Of a stretch of DNA of 64,000 nt, positions 10,431 through 23,774 are shown piece by piece; within the stretch, counting starts at the first letter, position 1, and the number at the start of each line of letters is the position of its first letter. The notes beneath the pieces are model-generated. The model worked only from the letters and a program-made list of their open reading frames with translations. It searched no databases and was not told the origin of the DNA. The stretch spans positions 1,364,001 through 1,428,000 of the forward strand of contig MU061506.1 of assembly GCA_013265495.1 (NCBI GenBank), written 5' to 3'. The position numbers were made by a program, and so were the translations under genes. The DNA comes from Vicugna vicugna (lineage: Eukaryota).

Positions 10431-13400
10431 CAAACATTTTTAATTCTGCGTATATAGACACCCAAGTCACTAAATTTTTCTTGATTTATTGCACTGGCTA
10501 AGACATTACAATATTGAATACAAGTGATAAGGCTGAGTATCCTTGTCTTGCTCCTGACTTTCAGGGGAAAGTATTTGGGTTTTTGATGATTAAATGTGGT
10601 ATGATCTGTACAATTTTCATAGCTGCTCTTTCTTAGACTAAGGAATGTGACTTCTGTGTCAAGGTTGATATGACCTTTTTTTTCAAGAATGGATATTGGA
10701 TTATGATACATTTTTTCTACATCAATTGAGATAGTCATATTTTTTACCCTGTTAATATGGTTAATTAAATTGATGAAGTTCAGATATAAAACATAAAGCC
10801 AATCTTGCATTACTGGGATAGCACAATTTTGATCATGATGTATCATCTTTTTTTATCTGTGTTTTCATTTAAGTTAGCAAAAAATAGTATTAAGAATTTT
10901 GGGATTATATATTCATAAGGAATATAAGTCTAATTTTTTTTTTATAATTTATTTGGAGAACACTACCCTCACAAAATAATTTGGGATGTGTTCTTTCTTC
11001 AAATTTCTGGAAGAATTTTTTAAAAATTGTGTTATTTCCTCCTTAAATACTTGGTATAATTCACTATTAAAACATCTTTAATAAATGTAGTGCTACACAG
11101 GTTATTTATATCTACTTTCATGAATGTTGTTATTTACTGTCTTTCAAAGAATTTTTCCACTTCATCTAAGTAGTTGAATTTATTGGCATCTAGTTGTACA
11201 TAACAGTCCATCAAAAGTGTTTAGGTAACTAGCATCTATACTGATGCCCCATCTTTCAGTATGTTATTGGTAAAATGTGCTGTCTCCTTATGTGTAATCT
11301 GTCTGGTTAGAAATTTATTAAATTCATTGATATCCTCAAAGAACCAGTTTTTGATTTTTTATTTGGTTTTTGATCCATTTTTTATCATTTGCTATTGCTT
11401 CTGTTTTCCAGTTTATTGATTTCCACTGTGATCTTTATTACTTCCTTTATTGCTTATTCTAGATTTTATTTGCTCTTCATTCTAATTTCTTAAGATGGAA
11501 GCCAAGGTCATTAAATTGAGATGTTTTTGTTTAATAATATAGATATTTAAGACTACAAAGATATTTCTAATTCTGTTTTAGCAATGCCCCACACATTTTG
11601 ATACTTGGTGTGTTTGTTTTCATTCAGTTCAAAGTACTGAATTTTAAAAAATTTCTCCTTTGATCTTTTTTCAGTCCACAGGTTGTCATTCAGAAATATA
11701 TAATTTAATTTTTAATATTTGGGGATATTTTTAGGTATCTTTTTTTGTTATTGATTTCTAACTCGATGTGATAAAAGAAACTACTTTTTATTATTTGAAT
11801 TCTTTTATTTATTTATCTTTGTCCAGAATATAGTCCATTGTGGTAAATGTTCTGTGTGCATGTGAAAATAAATTTTATTGTACTGTGGTTGTGTTAAGTA
11901 GTTTATAAATGTCAATTAAGTTGGTTGATAGAATAGCTCTGGTCTTATACAGCTTACCTATTTTCTGTGTACTTTTTCTATCAGTCAGTGAGGAAGTAAT
12001 CTTGAAATCTCTGACTAATAGTAAAGTTGTCTACATCTTCTTGAAGTTCTATTAGTTTTTGTTTCATGTGTTTGGAATTTCTGTTGTTTAGGGCATACAC
12101 ATTTAAGATTGTTATGTCTTGTTGATGAATTGTCCCCTGTACCATTTTGCAATTATCCCCTTAACCTACAGTAGAATTCTTCGCTTTGAAATCTTTTTTA
12201 GATAGTAATTCAACCATTCTGCTTCCTTTAATTAGTGTTAGCATACTATATTATGTTACATCTTTTTAAACATATTTTTGTCTTTATATGTACATTTGTT
12301 CTACTGTAGGTGGTATATAATTGAGTCTTGATTTTAAGGCAAATTTTCTTCACTGTCTTCTCCTTTGCAGTGATAAGCTGCTGTTCTCCTTTTTTGTTTC
12401 TTTGTATGTAATGTGACTTTTTAAAAATTTGCCCACTTTATTTTTTGTCACTGATTTTAAGCAATTTTATTATAATGAACCACATTGTCCTTTTTTTCAC
12501 GTTTGCTGTGCACTTGGTGTTTGTTGAACTTCTTAGATACGTGGTGTTACTGTTTTCAGCAAATTTGGACTATTTCCAGCCATTATTTCTTCAACAGTCA
12601 TTTGTCTCTCCTCTGTTCTCTCATAGGACTGCAATTACTCATATATTGAGTCTCTCGAAATTGTCCCAAAGCTCATTGATTCTCTCTTTATTTTTTCAGT
12701 CTTTTTCCTCTGTGTGTTTCACTTTGTATTGCTTTTGTCATTGAGCCTTCAAGTTCTCGTCTCTTCTTCTGCAATAACTAAAATGCCATTAATCCCATCT
12801 ATTTTATTTTTCACTATAGACTTTGCAGTCTTAAATTGTACAATTTCAATTTGTGCATTTTTATATATCTTATGTCTCTATGTTATGTTTTAACTATTTC
12901 CTCTGGCTTCTTGAACACATGGAAAGCCATTATAATGTCTGTTTTAATGTCTATGTCTACTAATTTTATTCTATGTTCATTCTCAGTCATTTTCAAATTG
13001 TTGACCTTTCTCCTCAGTATTGATTATATTTTTCTCCTGCTTTTGCAAATAAGTTTTCATTGGATGCCACACATTATGAATTTTATTTTTTGAGTATTGG
13101 ATATTTTTGCTTTTCTATAAATATTCTGGAGCTATGTACTGAGACGTGGTTACATTATATGAGGATAATTTGCTTCTTTGAGTCTTCCTTTTAAGGCTTG
13201 TTTGGCTGGAAGAGAACAGTCTTCAATACAGGGCTAATGTCCCCACTATTGCAGCGTTTCCATTCTGAGTGTAGCACCCAAAGCCCAGTGTGTTATGAAG
13301 TTTTCCACTCTGACTGGTGGGATCAGGCACTGTTAATGCCACTACGTGAGCTCTGGGTGTTGTTTTGATGGTTCTTTCCTTAGTCTTGGGTACTTTTCTC

Positions 13401-13830
13401 ACATGCATAGGGCTAATCAGAATTCCGCTGAGTACTCAAAGGGGATACTCGACCAACCTCCAATGTTCTGTTATGCTCTCTCCTCTCTAGTACTCGGCCT
13501 TGTGATCTCTTGCCATCTGGTCTTTCCTAGACTTTCCTGTCTCATCTCATCAACCCAGGGCGACAACAAGGCTCTGTCTGGGACTCCTCTTCCTGCAGTA
13601 CAGTCTGGAAACTCTCCAGGCAAGAAGCTGAGACAATCATAAGACTCAGCATGTTTGTCTCCCATCTTTCATTTATCCTTACCCTTCATTATGTGATGCC
13701 CAACATATTGAAAACTGTAGTTTCCCATATTTGGACCAGCTTTCTGGTTTGTTTATTTATTTATTTATTTACTTATTTTTTAGTGTTAGTGTAAACTGTG
13801 TCCCCTTTATTCTGTCTGGCAAAAAGAGGA
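10430..13830 (-). mobile_element. Old L1 (L1M4/L1MC/ME-like): 5' region, ORF1 and ORF2 up to the RT domain, degraded
   Basis: ORF 10430-10846 (IHHDQNCAIPVMQDW...INHINRVKNMTISIDVEK...FPLKVRSKTR...NVLASAINQEK) matches the L1 ORF2 RT segment IHHDQVGFIPGMQGW...IDAEKAFD...FPLKTGTRQG...LARAIRQEK. T-rich L1 antisense sequence continues to about 13.8 kb. Confidence 0.9.
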
Positions 13831-14732
13831 AATCATGAATCAGATTTAGATTTTAGTTCCAGGTCTACCCTTTACTTGCTTTGAAAAGTCAGTAAGTATG
13901 CTAGATGCTTTATTGGTATAAATGCAGATTAAATACCTACTTTATTTTAAAACTTTAATTTCAAGCCAGATGTAACATTAGTGTGAGTGGCTGAAACCAT
14001 TTGGTGGGCAAATAACAATACAAACTGTAATAATTTGATATATTCTATTCTTTCTCGCTGCCTTTAGGAAGTTCAATTACCCAGGAAAAAATCATTTGAA
14101 AAAATTGTGCTATACAAATGGTTTAATTTAAAATTAAAATTTAAATCCTTAGTCATTTTGCCTTCTTTTTTATCTATTTTCCTAAGGGAAAATCAAAGTG
14201 GCCTACAGTGACAAGCAAGAACAATGCAAACTCTTTTTGCTGACTGAGTCAAGAGTTATGCTTCCTGTAGTTAATTCCTTTTTTTGCAAGCATTTTTAAT
14301 TACCAAACATAAAAAGTAATTGTAGAAATAACCTGAAAGGTTTAAAAATTTTACAAAGAAACAGATTATGATATTTCACTGCTTAGATCATCCCAATACT
14401 TCTTATTGAATTTTGAATTCAAATTTCCTCTGAATCCTGTAACGCAGCCCATTAATTATCCTAAAATTTGAAACCTGCAAAACCTACAAGTCTTCCATGA
14501 TCTTATCCTTCTTCTTGGCACTTGGGCCTTCTGTTTCTTGTACCTACAAAGTTATCTCCCACAATGGAGACTTCACACAAGTCATTTCTTCTGCTAGAAT
14601 ATTTCTTCTACAATTATTATACAGTTGACTGCTTATCAACATTCAAGTTTCACCTCAAATATGACTTCCCTAGGTAGTCATACTGCGTATGACTTTTCTT
14701 GGCTATGCTAGTAAGTTTGTGGGCTTACCCAC

Positions 14733-15366
14733 TGCGGTAGTCAGAATTCTAAGATGACCCACAATTACCCATATCCATGTATAATCCACTCTCTTTGAGT
14801 GTGGATTAGACCCGTGAATATATTGGAATATCATTGTCAAGATTTATGCCATGTTATCTGGCACAAGGGAGTGTGCAGATGTAATTAAGGGTCCTAATAA
14901 ATTGGCTATAAATTAATGCAAAGGGCCATTATCCTGGCTGTGCTTGACATAAGCAAGCAAGCCCTTTGAAAGCAGAAATATTCTTCTGTTTATTGGAAGA
15001 AGCAAACAATCATTTTGTGAGAGAGTCTACAGAGGGAATCGTATGGCATAGAACTCAGGGTGGCCTCAAGATGGTGAGATTACCTCTGGCTAACAGCCAG
15101 TAAGAAAACAAGGACCTTAGTCCTACAATTGCAAGGAACTGAATCCTGCCATCAAAACGAATGAGCTTGAAAGAAGACCCTGAGCTCCACATGAGACTGT
15201 AACTCCAGTTAACATCCTGATTTCAGCTTGATGAGACCTTGAGCAGAGGGTCCAGTTAACTCACGCCCAGACTCCTGATCTAGGAAAACTGTGAGTCGAT
15301 AAATTGTGCTGCTTTAAATTGCTAAACTTCTGGTGATTTATTCTGCAGGAAGAGAAAATGAATACA
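14733..15366 (+). mobile_element. MaLR solo LTR (MLT1E/F-like), near full length
   Basis: Starts tgcggtagtcagaattctaagatgaccc, contains gcaaggaactgaatcctgccatcaaaacgaatgagcttgaaagaagaccctgagc, ends gagaaaatgaataca. Confidence 0.88.
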
Positions 15367-15835
15367 CCCAAAACCACTCTCTGTCACGCTGCATTATTTT
15401 ATTTTCTTCATGGCTTAAAACTTTGATCTTACATGTTTTCTTGTTTACTTCAGTATATACCCCCAGAATATACATGTACTAGAAGACGAATTTTTGTTGT
15501 CATTCTGCCAGGTTGATTCTTGCTATTCTGGCTATTGGAGAGGTCGATTGGAGAGAATTATAAATCTGTTTCTGTTTTTCCATTAAAAAAAGAGAAACTA
15601 ATATGTGCGGTATTATTGAGATTTTTCTCTGTGGGGCAAAATAATCTTTCTTCGGTATTCTTCAATTTACTGAATAATCAAATATGAGGGAAAGACTGAA
15701 AATTCTTCAAAATGAGAGAAACGCAAGCCAAAATTTCACATAAAAAAGAGGCATGCAGCTCTGTTATTTTTCAAATAATACAGTTGTTTATAGAAGCCAT
15801 GCAACATTTCAGTGTGGAATTTTATTTTGCATAAT

Positions 15836-15864
15836 GAATATATATATATTCATTGCATATATGC

Positions 15865-15901
<37 letters not shown>

Positions 15902-15903
15902 TA
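15836..15903. repeat. (TA)n microsatellite
   Basis: Directly visible. Confidence 0.92.
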
Positions 15904-16149
15904 ATTTGGGGGGATTTTTCCTCTTTAGTTATTGTGAACACATGTGATGATGGTGCCAGAACATTCCTCTCCTGTGTGTTTCATGCCCATACTCAGGGTT
16001 TCCAGCAGATCTGTCTATTTTGTGAATTCTTGCTATTGTTATCCCGAAAAGGTAATGAGCAACTCCCTGTGCCAAAGAGGAGAGAGAGCGAGCTACAAGA
16101 TTGTCTTTTGTCCTCTTACAGGAAGAATTTAACTCCTTTACCTTTACTG

Positions 16150-16290
16150 AATTAGCAGGGTTGATGGTGTCAGAATTGGGTTGAATTCTTGGGCACCCTG
16201 TTGGTGTCTCAGAATTGCTTACTGGAGGTGTGAGAAAACTCCACCACATCCTCCACCACCATATTGGAATTGGGTCTCAGCACACCCAAA
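16150..16290 (+). mobile_element. Possible MER21-like LTR 3' fragment
   Basis: gttggtgtctcagaattgcttactggaggtgtgagaaaactccaccacat resembles the MER21 LTR terminus. Confidence 0.4.
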
Positions 16291-16559
16291 GAATTCCCAA
16301 AAATAATTGAAGACAATAAGAGAAGGGCATAGCTGTCAATCAGAGGATGATCACAAACTGCAAAAATAGTTATAAATACATACATATTTCATAACATTTA
16401 AAGCATTCCATGAGAAGGTTAGTTTTAAAATGACTTAGGTATAAATGACATTACAAGAATTGTATTCATAATAAGTCTCTATAATAGAGTAGCTAAATTA
16501 AGGAGATAAATAAGTATATAGAATATAATTTTTCAAACATGTCATATGGCATAAGATCT

Positions 16560-16740
16560 AGAGTTACAAGACTTGAATTACAAAATTGATTTCGCTAACT
16601 CTGTTATGCTAGCTATGCTGTGCTGTTTCTGTTACACTCATCTGTGTGAACTCAGACAGTTCATTTCACCTACCATGAATAAGTTTTCTTCCCTGTGAAA
16701 TGGAAATATTGTCCTAATTCATGTAGTTATTGACTGGAGA
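16560..16740 (+). mobile_element. MIR SINE
   Basis: ctgtgtgaactcagacagttcatttcacct...ttttcttccctgtgaaatggaaat core. Confidence 0.6.
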
Positions 16741-17159
16741 GGGGAGAAGGGAAGAAAACAAGTTAGCATATATGAAGGCACGTTATAAACAACCCAGTGA
16801 TCTTCAAATTCATGGAGTGTTGAAGCTGTTGACGATCATGGTGGAGGTGACACTGCTGCTGCTGCTAATGGTAGTGATAATGGCTAAGCACTTTAAAAGC
16901 ATGACCCAATAAAATAAATTTATTTATCTGCAAATGTATCTACCTATCTATAATCTCAGCGGCCAGAAAGGCCCATATAAATGTCAAAGATTGGTGCTGA
17001 TTCTGTTCAGCAAGTGTTTAGTTAATCATTCGTCAAACGTTGTCCATAGAGGGCAAGAGATTATGCTTGAAAGGCTGGAAAGCTGGCTATGAAGATTAAA
17101 CTTGAGTGAGATGGCTTGGGTACTTTTCTTGGTGTACCTAGTGAGTTTCTGCCCTACCA

Positions 17160-18048
17160 GAAATTCACCAAGCATCTTTATGATCAATACTTTGAACTCC
17201 TTATCTAGTAGATTGCTTATCTCCACTTGGCTTAATGCTTCTTCTGGCATTTTCTTTTGTTGCTTCATTTGGAACATATTCCTCAGTGGTCTCATTTTGC
17301 TTAATTTTCTGCTTTTATCTATGTATTAAGTAGGCCAATTATATTTCCTGCTGTTTGAGAACTAGCCATATGTAGGAGAACTTCTGTGTATCCCAGGACT
17401 GTTGCTAGTCCACTGGTGGGGAGGTAAGCCCCCAGCACTAATAGTTTAGAGAGAGGATTCCAAAATGGTATTTGCCAGCACCAGTATCCTTGGGGTAGAA
17501 GGAGGGCCCCAAAATGGCTGCCATCCGCATGTATGTCCCCAGGGAGAGTCCCAGTTGCCTCCTCCTTCCCTAGAGGCTCTCCAAGATCAGCAAGTGCACC
17601 TGACTCAGGCTCTTTTTAAACTACTGCCTCAATGCTGGGTTTTGGATCATATGACGCTTGTATGCTTTAAGAATGGAATCTCTGTTTCATGCAGTCCATA
17701 GCCTTCAAAGCCAGATGTTCTTGGGGCTCATCTTCCTAGTACAGAACTCCCACTGGGGAGCCCAGTGTGGGCTCATACCCCTTGTTCCTTGGGGATACCT
17801 TCTACAATTGTGATTATCCTCCCATTTGTGGGTTGCCTACCCAGGCACGTGGGTCTTGATCATTCTGTGTCTCTGCCTCTCCTATCCATCTCCTTGTGTT
17901 TCTTTCTTTACATCTTACTTTCTGGAAAACTTCTTCTGCTAGTCTTCAGGTCATTCTCACAGACAATTGTTCTGTAAATAGTTCTATTTTTGGTGTGCCC
18001 ATGGAAGGAGGTGAGCTCAGCGTCTTCCTACTCCACCATTTTGGCTAC
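17160..18048 (-). mobile_element. L1 5' fragment (5' UTR plus N-terminus of ORF1)
   Basis: ORF from ATG at 17295 reads MRPLRNMFQMKQQKKMPEEALSQVEISNLLDKEFKVLIIKMLGEF, typical of the non-primate L1 ORF1 start. The 5' end reads ccaaaatggtggagtaggaagac, the decayed AAGATGGCGGAGTAG L1 start. Confidence 0.85.
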
Positions 18049-18527
18049 ACTCTTTAGCCTGTTACTCCTAAAGTCAAGATTTGTACCCAACCAGTCATAT
18101 GACATAGCGTATACTCAATCACTGTGCTAAGTAAGCTTCTTCCTATATCTGGATTAAACAAGAGATGATCTTGTTTAATCTCTTTACTCATAGTTATGAA
18201 ATGATGAGATAAAGAGATGATGGCTTATCCATAATCATGGTTTAAGTAAAGTGGCTGGTGCTTTTGTGTAAGGGTTGAATGTATCTTAGATGGGTCAAAC
18301 AGTTCTTTTTTTTTTAGCCTTTTCATCATATTATTCTATCTCTGCCCTGGTTGCTTCTTATTACTTTCCTCTGCCTTCTTTCTTATAAAAGATTAGCATC
18401 TGCCATGGCTCAGTCCTCCATCACATGTTCTACTTAACATGTGATCTGAATTTGCCCCACTCACCTGTCTCATCTGTTTATAATTCTTTCTTTCTGTTTT
18501 ATCATCTTTGGATTTTTTCAATTCCTT

Positions 18528-18567
18528 CCTAAACACACACATGCATACACACACACACACACACACT
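18528..18567. repeat. (CA)n microsatellite
   Basis: Directly visible. Confidence 0.9.
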
Positions 18568-18711
18568 TAAAATTACAAGTCTTTTGCATAGTCTCAGCTC
18601 AAATTTTGTTTTTCTCAGGATGCTCTTTCTCACTTCTCCCTACTACATGATCTCTTTGCATTTTTTTCCTTTTCAAAGCAATCATTTCAATGTAATGTCA
18701 TGTAATACAAT

Positions 18712-18712
18712 T

Positions 18713-18755
<43 letters not shown>
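18712..18755. repeat. (TTTA)n microsatellite
   Basis: Directly visible. Confidence 0.92.
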
Positions 18756-19214
18756 CATATAAAAAAAGATGCCAACTCTCTATCAGTGCCCAAGTCTTCT
18801 GGAATTGTGGAATCATACATTTCTGTAATAATTAAATACAAATGGGTTAAACTTTTACTCCACACATGGAAATACACAATATTATAAATATTTTGGTAAT
18901 TAACATAAAAGTTAAACTTCCGAAAGTTATCTACATCTTGATACCTGTACATTTGGACCCATTTTTACATCTTCTTGCTTCTTATAGGATATGACAGCAA
19001 TTCTTTTGCTGAACAGAGAATAAGCTAATGTGTTTCATACCTTCTGGAAAAGTTGGGGACAGTGCAAGTGGGTGTGGTAGGAGGTGGAATTTTTTCACGT
19101 TGTAGCATAGCAAATTCAATGTACTCTTAGACCCACCTATTACAAATCCTCAGTAATAGGAAATAAAAGTGTTGCAGTAAACCAAAAAACAAAACAAAAA
19201 AAAACCACTCAGTA

Positions 19215-19362
19215 AGCATTATGAAATCTCTATGTTTGGGTCTCACACAGGCAACAAAATCAGAACTTCTGGAGAAGGAGCTCAAGCATCTGTTTTTGCT
19301 TTTGTTTTTTTAAATTTACCTAAGTTATTCTGATATGCAGCCAGATTTGAGAACCACTGACT
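19215..19362. mobile_element. MER5-type hAT-Charlie MITE fragment
   Basis: aatcagaacttctggagaaggagctcaagcatctg...ttattctgatatgcagccagatttgagaaccactg terminus. Confidence 0.7.
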
Positions 19363-20374
19363 AAGTCCATTAAATCACTCCAAGGGCATCATTTTTTCAT
19401 ACTAAAAAAGACCACCAAGATATTTCTGTGCATAAATGTAGTCTCACCACCACAGAAACACCTCCTTTTCTTGAATTCCTGGCTTTAATAAAAAGCGCTC
19501 CTCCCACTATATTAGGCTGATTTATGGTTTTATTTCTATTTCTAGATTTTAAGCTTTGTGAGGACAGGATAAACGTATCTGTCTTTCCTATTATTGTTTC
19601 TCAAAAGAAAAAAAAAAAGACCAAAATGCCTGAGTCTATTAGTCACCCAACAAACATTTGTTGAGTGAGTCAATAAATTTAGAGTTTCCAAAAATTCGTA
19701 ATACAGGAAAAGTATTTTACCCTTTTAAAAACTGATATGGAAAAAGTAAAAAAAGATATACATAAAAGTAATACTTTTTAATTTTATATTAATAGTTAAT
19801 ATTTGTATTAGATAAAATGCTTCCTTAGGAGTTTAGGAATATAAATTTACATTATGCGTAACTTTAGTTTCTCATAAAATCATCATACTAGATCATTAAA
19901 TTTAATTGCAGGCACAGAATACGAGGGGAAACAAACTTCCTTTAATCTTCTAGTCTTTCAAACACTGACTCTCAGAGTGGCTGGAGTGAAAAAAAAGAAA
20001 AAAGGATTTCAGGCAGTGGTGGATATTATCAAATGTAATTTTCCAACAGGAAATGGGCAAATAGATTTGGGAACTTTAGTAGAAAGCCTCTTGCAAAGAT
20101 TGGCTGCCATATGAAAACTGGGAGAAGAGGACACTGGGCTAATCCTTGTCTGATATTTATGTGGGTGTCCTCAAAAGGGAGGAAGGAAACGAACTCTTTC
20201 CACAGCTGAATTCCATATGTATCCAAAGGAACACATTTACTGTTACTAATGTCAACTGTCTCCTGACTTCTTTCACTAGTTATGACAGATTGGGTACTGT
20301 AAACCCATGTCATTTCAGGCAGCAACTCTCAGTGTTCTTACTGTATGGTGCTTCTCTGATCTCTGCTTCATAGC

Positions 20375-20590
20375 TTAATAACAACAATAATAGAAAAAAC
20401 AACTGGCATGTAATGAGCACCTACTGTTGACATATCTTTGCATACATTACCTATTGTAATCATTATAGCAAACCTGGTACTAGTTATCACTATCTACATT
20501 TACAGATGAAGAAACCAAGGACCAGAAAGTATAGAGAGGGTGTTTGTTTTCACAGAGTTGCTAAACAGCTCAATAGAGGTTCAAGCTGCG
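20375..20590 (-). mobile_element. MIR SINE, followed by a poly(T) run (about 20593-20614)
   Basis: atttacagatgaagaaaccaagg core. Confidence 0.75.
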
Positions 20591-22789
20591 GGTTTTTTTT
20601 TTTTTTTTTTTTTTGTAGCAGAACCTAAGAAAGAAATCCTTAAAGAATGAAGGTTAAGGTTAAGTGTGAGCAGTTCTTTCCAATCTCTGTGTCTAAGTAA
20701 TGTTGAAGCAACAGCTCTATTCAGACCAGTCTTTGGACAACTGAGCCATCCAGTTAACTGATCAACCAACTTAAAAATAAATGAATTATTGGTTTGATAT
20801 TTAAAGTCAAAACATATGGTTTATTAATAACACATCCATGGTTTCATTGGTCTTTGCATTGTAGTTGATATACAATTATTAAATAAATTAGAACTGCCAT
20901 GACTTTTCTGCCTTCTGTATCTTATGTATTATTTTTTATGTTACTTCAGAAATCTGATGGTTAAAAAATATATTTATCTTGTCCAGCCAAAAATGTGTTT
21001 TCTAACCTACTATCTAAGAAAGGTTTCAGACATAAGAGACAGGGAGATGGCCACTTCAAGCCTCCTTCCAGATGTTTGGGTTTTGAGACAGCCAGTGATA
21101 TTTGCCAGCTGGAATGTAATTGGATTTGGGAAAGAATAATTTCCACCATGAAACTTGAATAAGTCATCACTTTAGCCTTCAAGACAAGATCTCTGATAGA
21201 GATCTAATCCCCAAAACTCTGGAGTTAAAAAAAAAAAAAAAACAACCTGCTTCTCCTAAAAGAAGAATGTAGTACACTGGAAGTGTGATTTCTCCAAGAA
21301 TGTGATTCTAAAGGATTGATCAATGAGACACAGATAATGCCTTATGCTATGATGATTCTCTAACTATTGATGGACAATTGTTATTTTCATAATGCAATAT
21401 TCACAATATAAGTCTCTGCCTGGCTCTCAGTACCACTGCTTTCCCGATCCAGAACGACTTCAGCCTAGCTTGCAGAATTAACCTGGTCCTAGTCCTTAAG
21501 GATTTTACTAACTCAAAATAGAAGGAATGTAACTAGTGCCCTGAGACTCAGCCTCAAGCTCTGATTCTGTGTTCAGTTTTACTCCTGAGACATGGGTCAT
21601 ATCTATGCCTCATATTTGGTAACCAGATCCCTGTTCTGTTTCTTGTACTTATTTTTTTTTTTTAATTTAGGATCCCATACGTCTAAAATCAGGATCTGAA
21701 TTGATTATTTCAAGCCAGTTTCCAGGAGTTAAAGTTCTGGCTCTGGTTCCTTGCCCGTATGCCTGAGGCATTTTTACCCAATTGCAAATTTTCTTTGATA
21801 CCTAACAAGCTACCTGGATTCCTAACTATTACTTGCTCTGAATTCCCATCCCCTCATTAAGCCCCTCTATATACTTCCTCCAGTTCCTATCTCATAATAA
21901 GTGCTTCCTGAATGCCATTTTTGTCATTAACTTTTTGCATTTGTGGTTATGTTGATGAATTGGACTTAACTCCTGGTACCTGTGGCTAATCTCTTTCCTG
22001 TATCTATCCCTCCCAGAGCACTTCCGTTTGCCCTATTCCATTTCATCACTCAGCTTTGGGCAGACATATGACACACAGGGCCCCATAAATCCTAAGTGCT
22101 GAATACGCAAACAAATCTCTCTTTCTGGTCAGTGTGTGGGATTGCATAATCCCACATGCCATATAGCACTGCTGGCACATTTTCTTGCAGGAACAATTTC
22201 TTTTCCTGGAAATAATCACAACCAGAAGCATTAAATTTTGCAACACCCCAGGAAACCGCTTGAATTAATCTGTGAGAGTGAGGAAGATATCAAGTGTCAG
22301 CAATGGAATCAACTTTTGTTAGAACAAGAAAACTATGTTTGTGCTATCTTGATCACAGCAATTTTTTCCTGCATATTTTGAAAAAATACATATGCTTTAC
22401 ATATTTAGGTATATAGTGCCTAAATTTCCCAATTCCAGTTGTGGGAATATCTGAGCAATGGGGTGCTTGTTTCTCCAGAGGTCTTTAAAATTAAGACAGT
22501 TTTTCATTTATTTGTGATTTAGCACAAAGACAAAAATTTCTAGCTTCATGTATCTGTGTATATATATATATATCTGTACACCCATATCTGTATGCTGATA
22601 TCTGGCTCCTGAGGGTCTAGTTTATATATAGAATCTATCATTAAAATTTTAAGAATTATAAATAAGTAAATAAATGTATATATAGACATGTGTATACTAT
22701 ATATATATATATACACACATATATGTGGTTTAGTCACATGACATTTTACAAAATGCATTTACATATAGTATTCCACTAAAAGTCTTAAA

Positions 22790-22930
22790 ACACACTGCAA
22801 ATTAAGTATGATCTCCATTTTATAGATAAAGAAGAAGAAATCTTAAGTGAGTTGATAAAAATCTCTAGCAAAACCAGGAGCTGAATTCAGCTACTGTGGT
22901 TCCAAATCTCCCACTGATTTCTCATATTCC
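22790..22930 (-). mobile_element. MIR SINE
   Basis: tatgatctccattttatagataaagaagaa core. Confidence 0.6.
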
Positions 22931-23199
22931 ATTACCAAGCTCACTGCCTTAGTCATCACCCCTCCCTATGTTGGTCACCAGTATGAAGAGTGTTACACTT
23001 TGAAATGTATACTATAAAAGGAAGACACAGACCAAAATTTCAACAAAGCATCCAGCCTGGTAAATTGTAATATTTTATATTTCACCTATCCTTGAGAAAA
23101 AATTATTGACTTCCTAGATAATCTAGGATGAAAAATTCTGGTTTTTTCCCTTACTAGAATGAGAGAGGAAAGTAGCAGGATCATCAAACATCTATTCTT

Positions 23200-23760
23200 G
23201 AAAATGAAGTATTGATATTTCATTCTATTATTAATTTAGTTTTTCAAACAACAGATCCTGATTGGGCATCTATTAAGTATTAGGCACTGTGATAGAAACT
23301 GAGAATACAAAGATAAGAAAAAGACCGAGTCCACTCTGCTGTTGTTCATGGTTTAGTGGTGAAGGCTGTAAATGCTTTTAATAGAGGTATCCACAAAATG
23401 TTTTGACAACTTTCAGGGGGAGAACCTTACTCTATTTTTGGAAACATAAAAAGCTAAACTGAGTAAAAAGCCAGTAAAAGAAGGCAAAGGAGAAAAATAC
23501 ACATCTGCTGAGTAAGGAATTCAGACTGAAGGAAGTCTTTACATAATAAGGCTTAAAATAATGCAATTATAAAGATTATTCTGGAACTGAAGTTGTGTTG
23601 TGAAGGAAGAAGGGCTGTCCATGAGTCTGTAAGTTAATCTGGGACCACATCAAGAAGAATCACATTATCATTCTGAGATTTTCCTACTTACTCCATAAGC
23701 AGTAGGAAACCCTGCAAGGTTTGTAAATGGGAGCATTGAAGGGGATCTTGAAATCTCCTG
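23200..23760 (-). mobile_element. L2 LINE 3' region
   Basis: catctattaagtattaggcactgtgatagaaactgagaatacaaagataagaaaaagac pattern. Confidence 0.65.
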
Positions 23761-23774
23761 GCAAAGTCCTTGAA

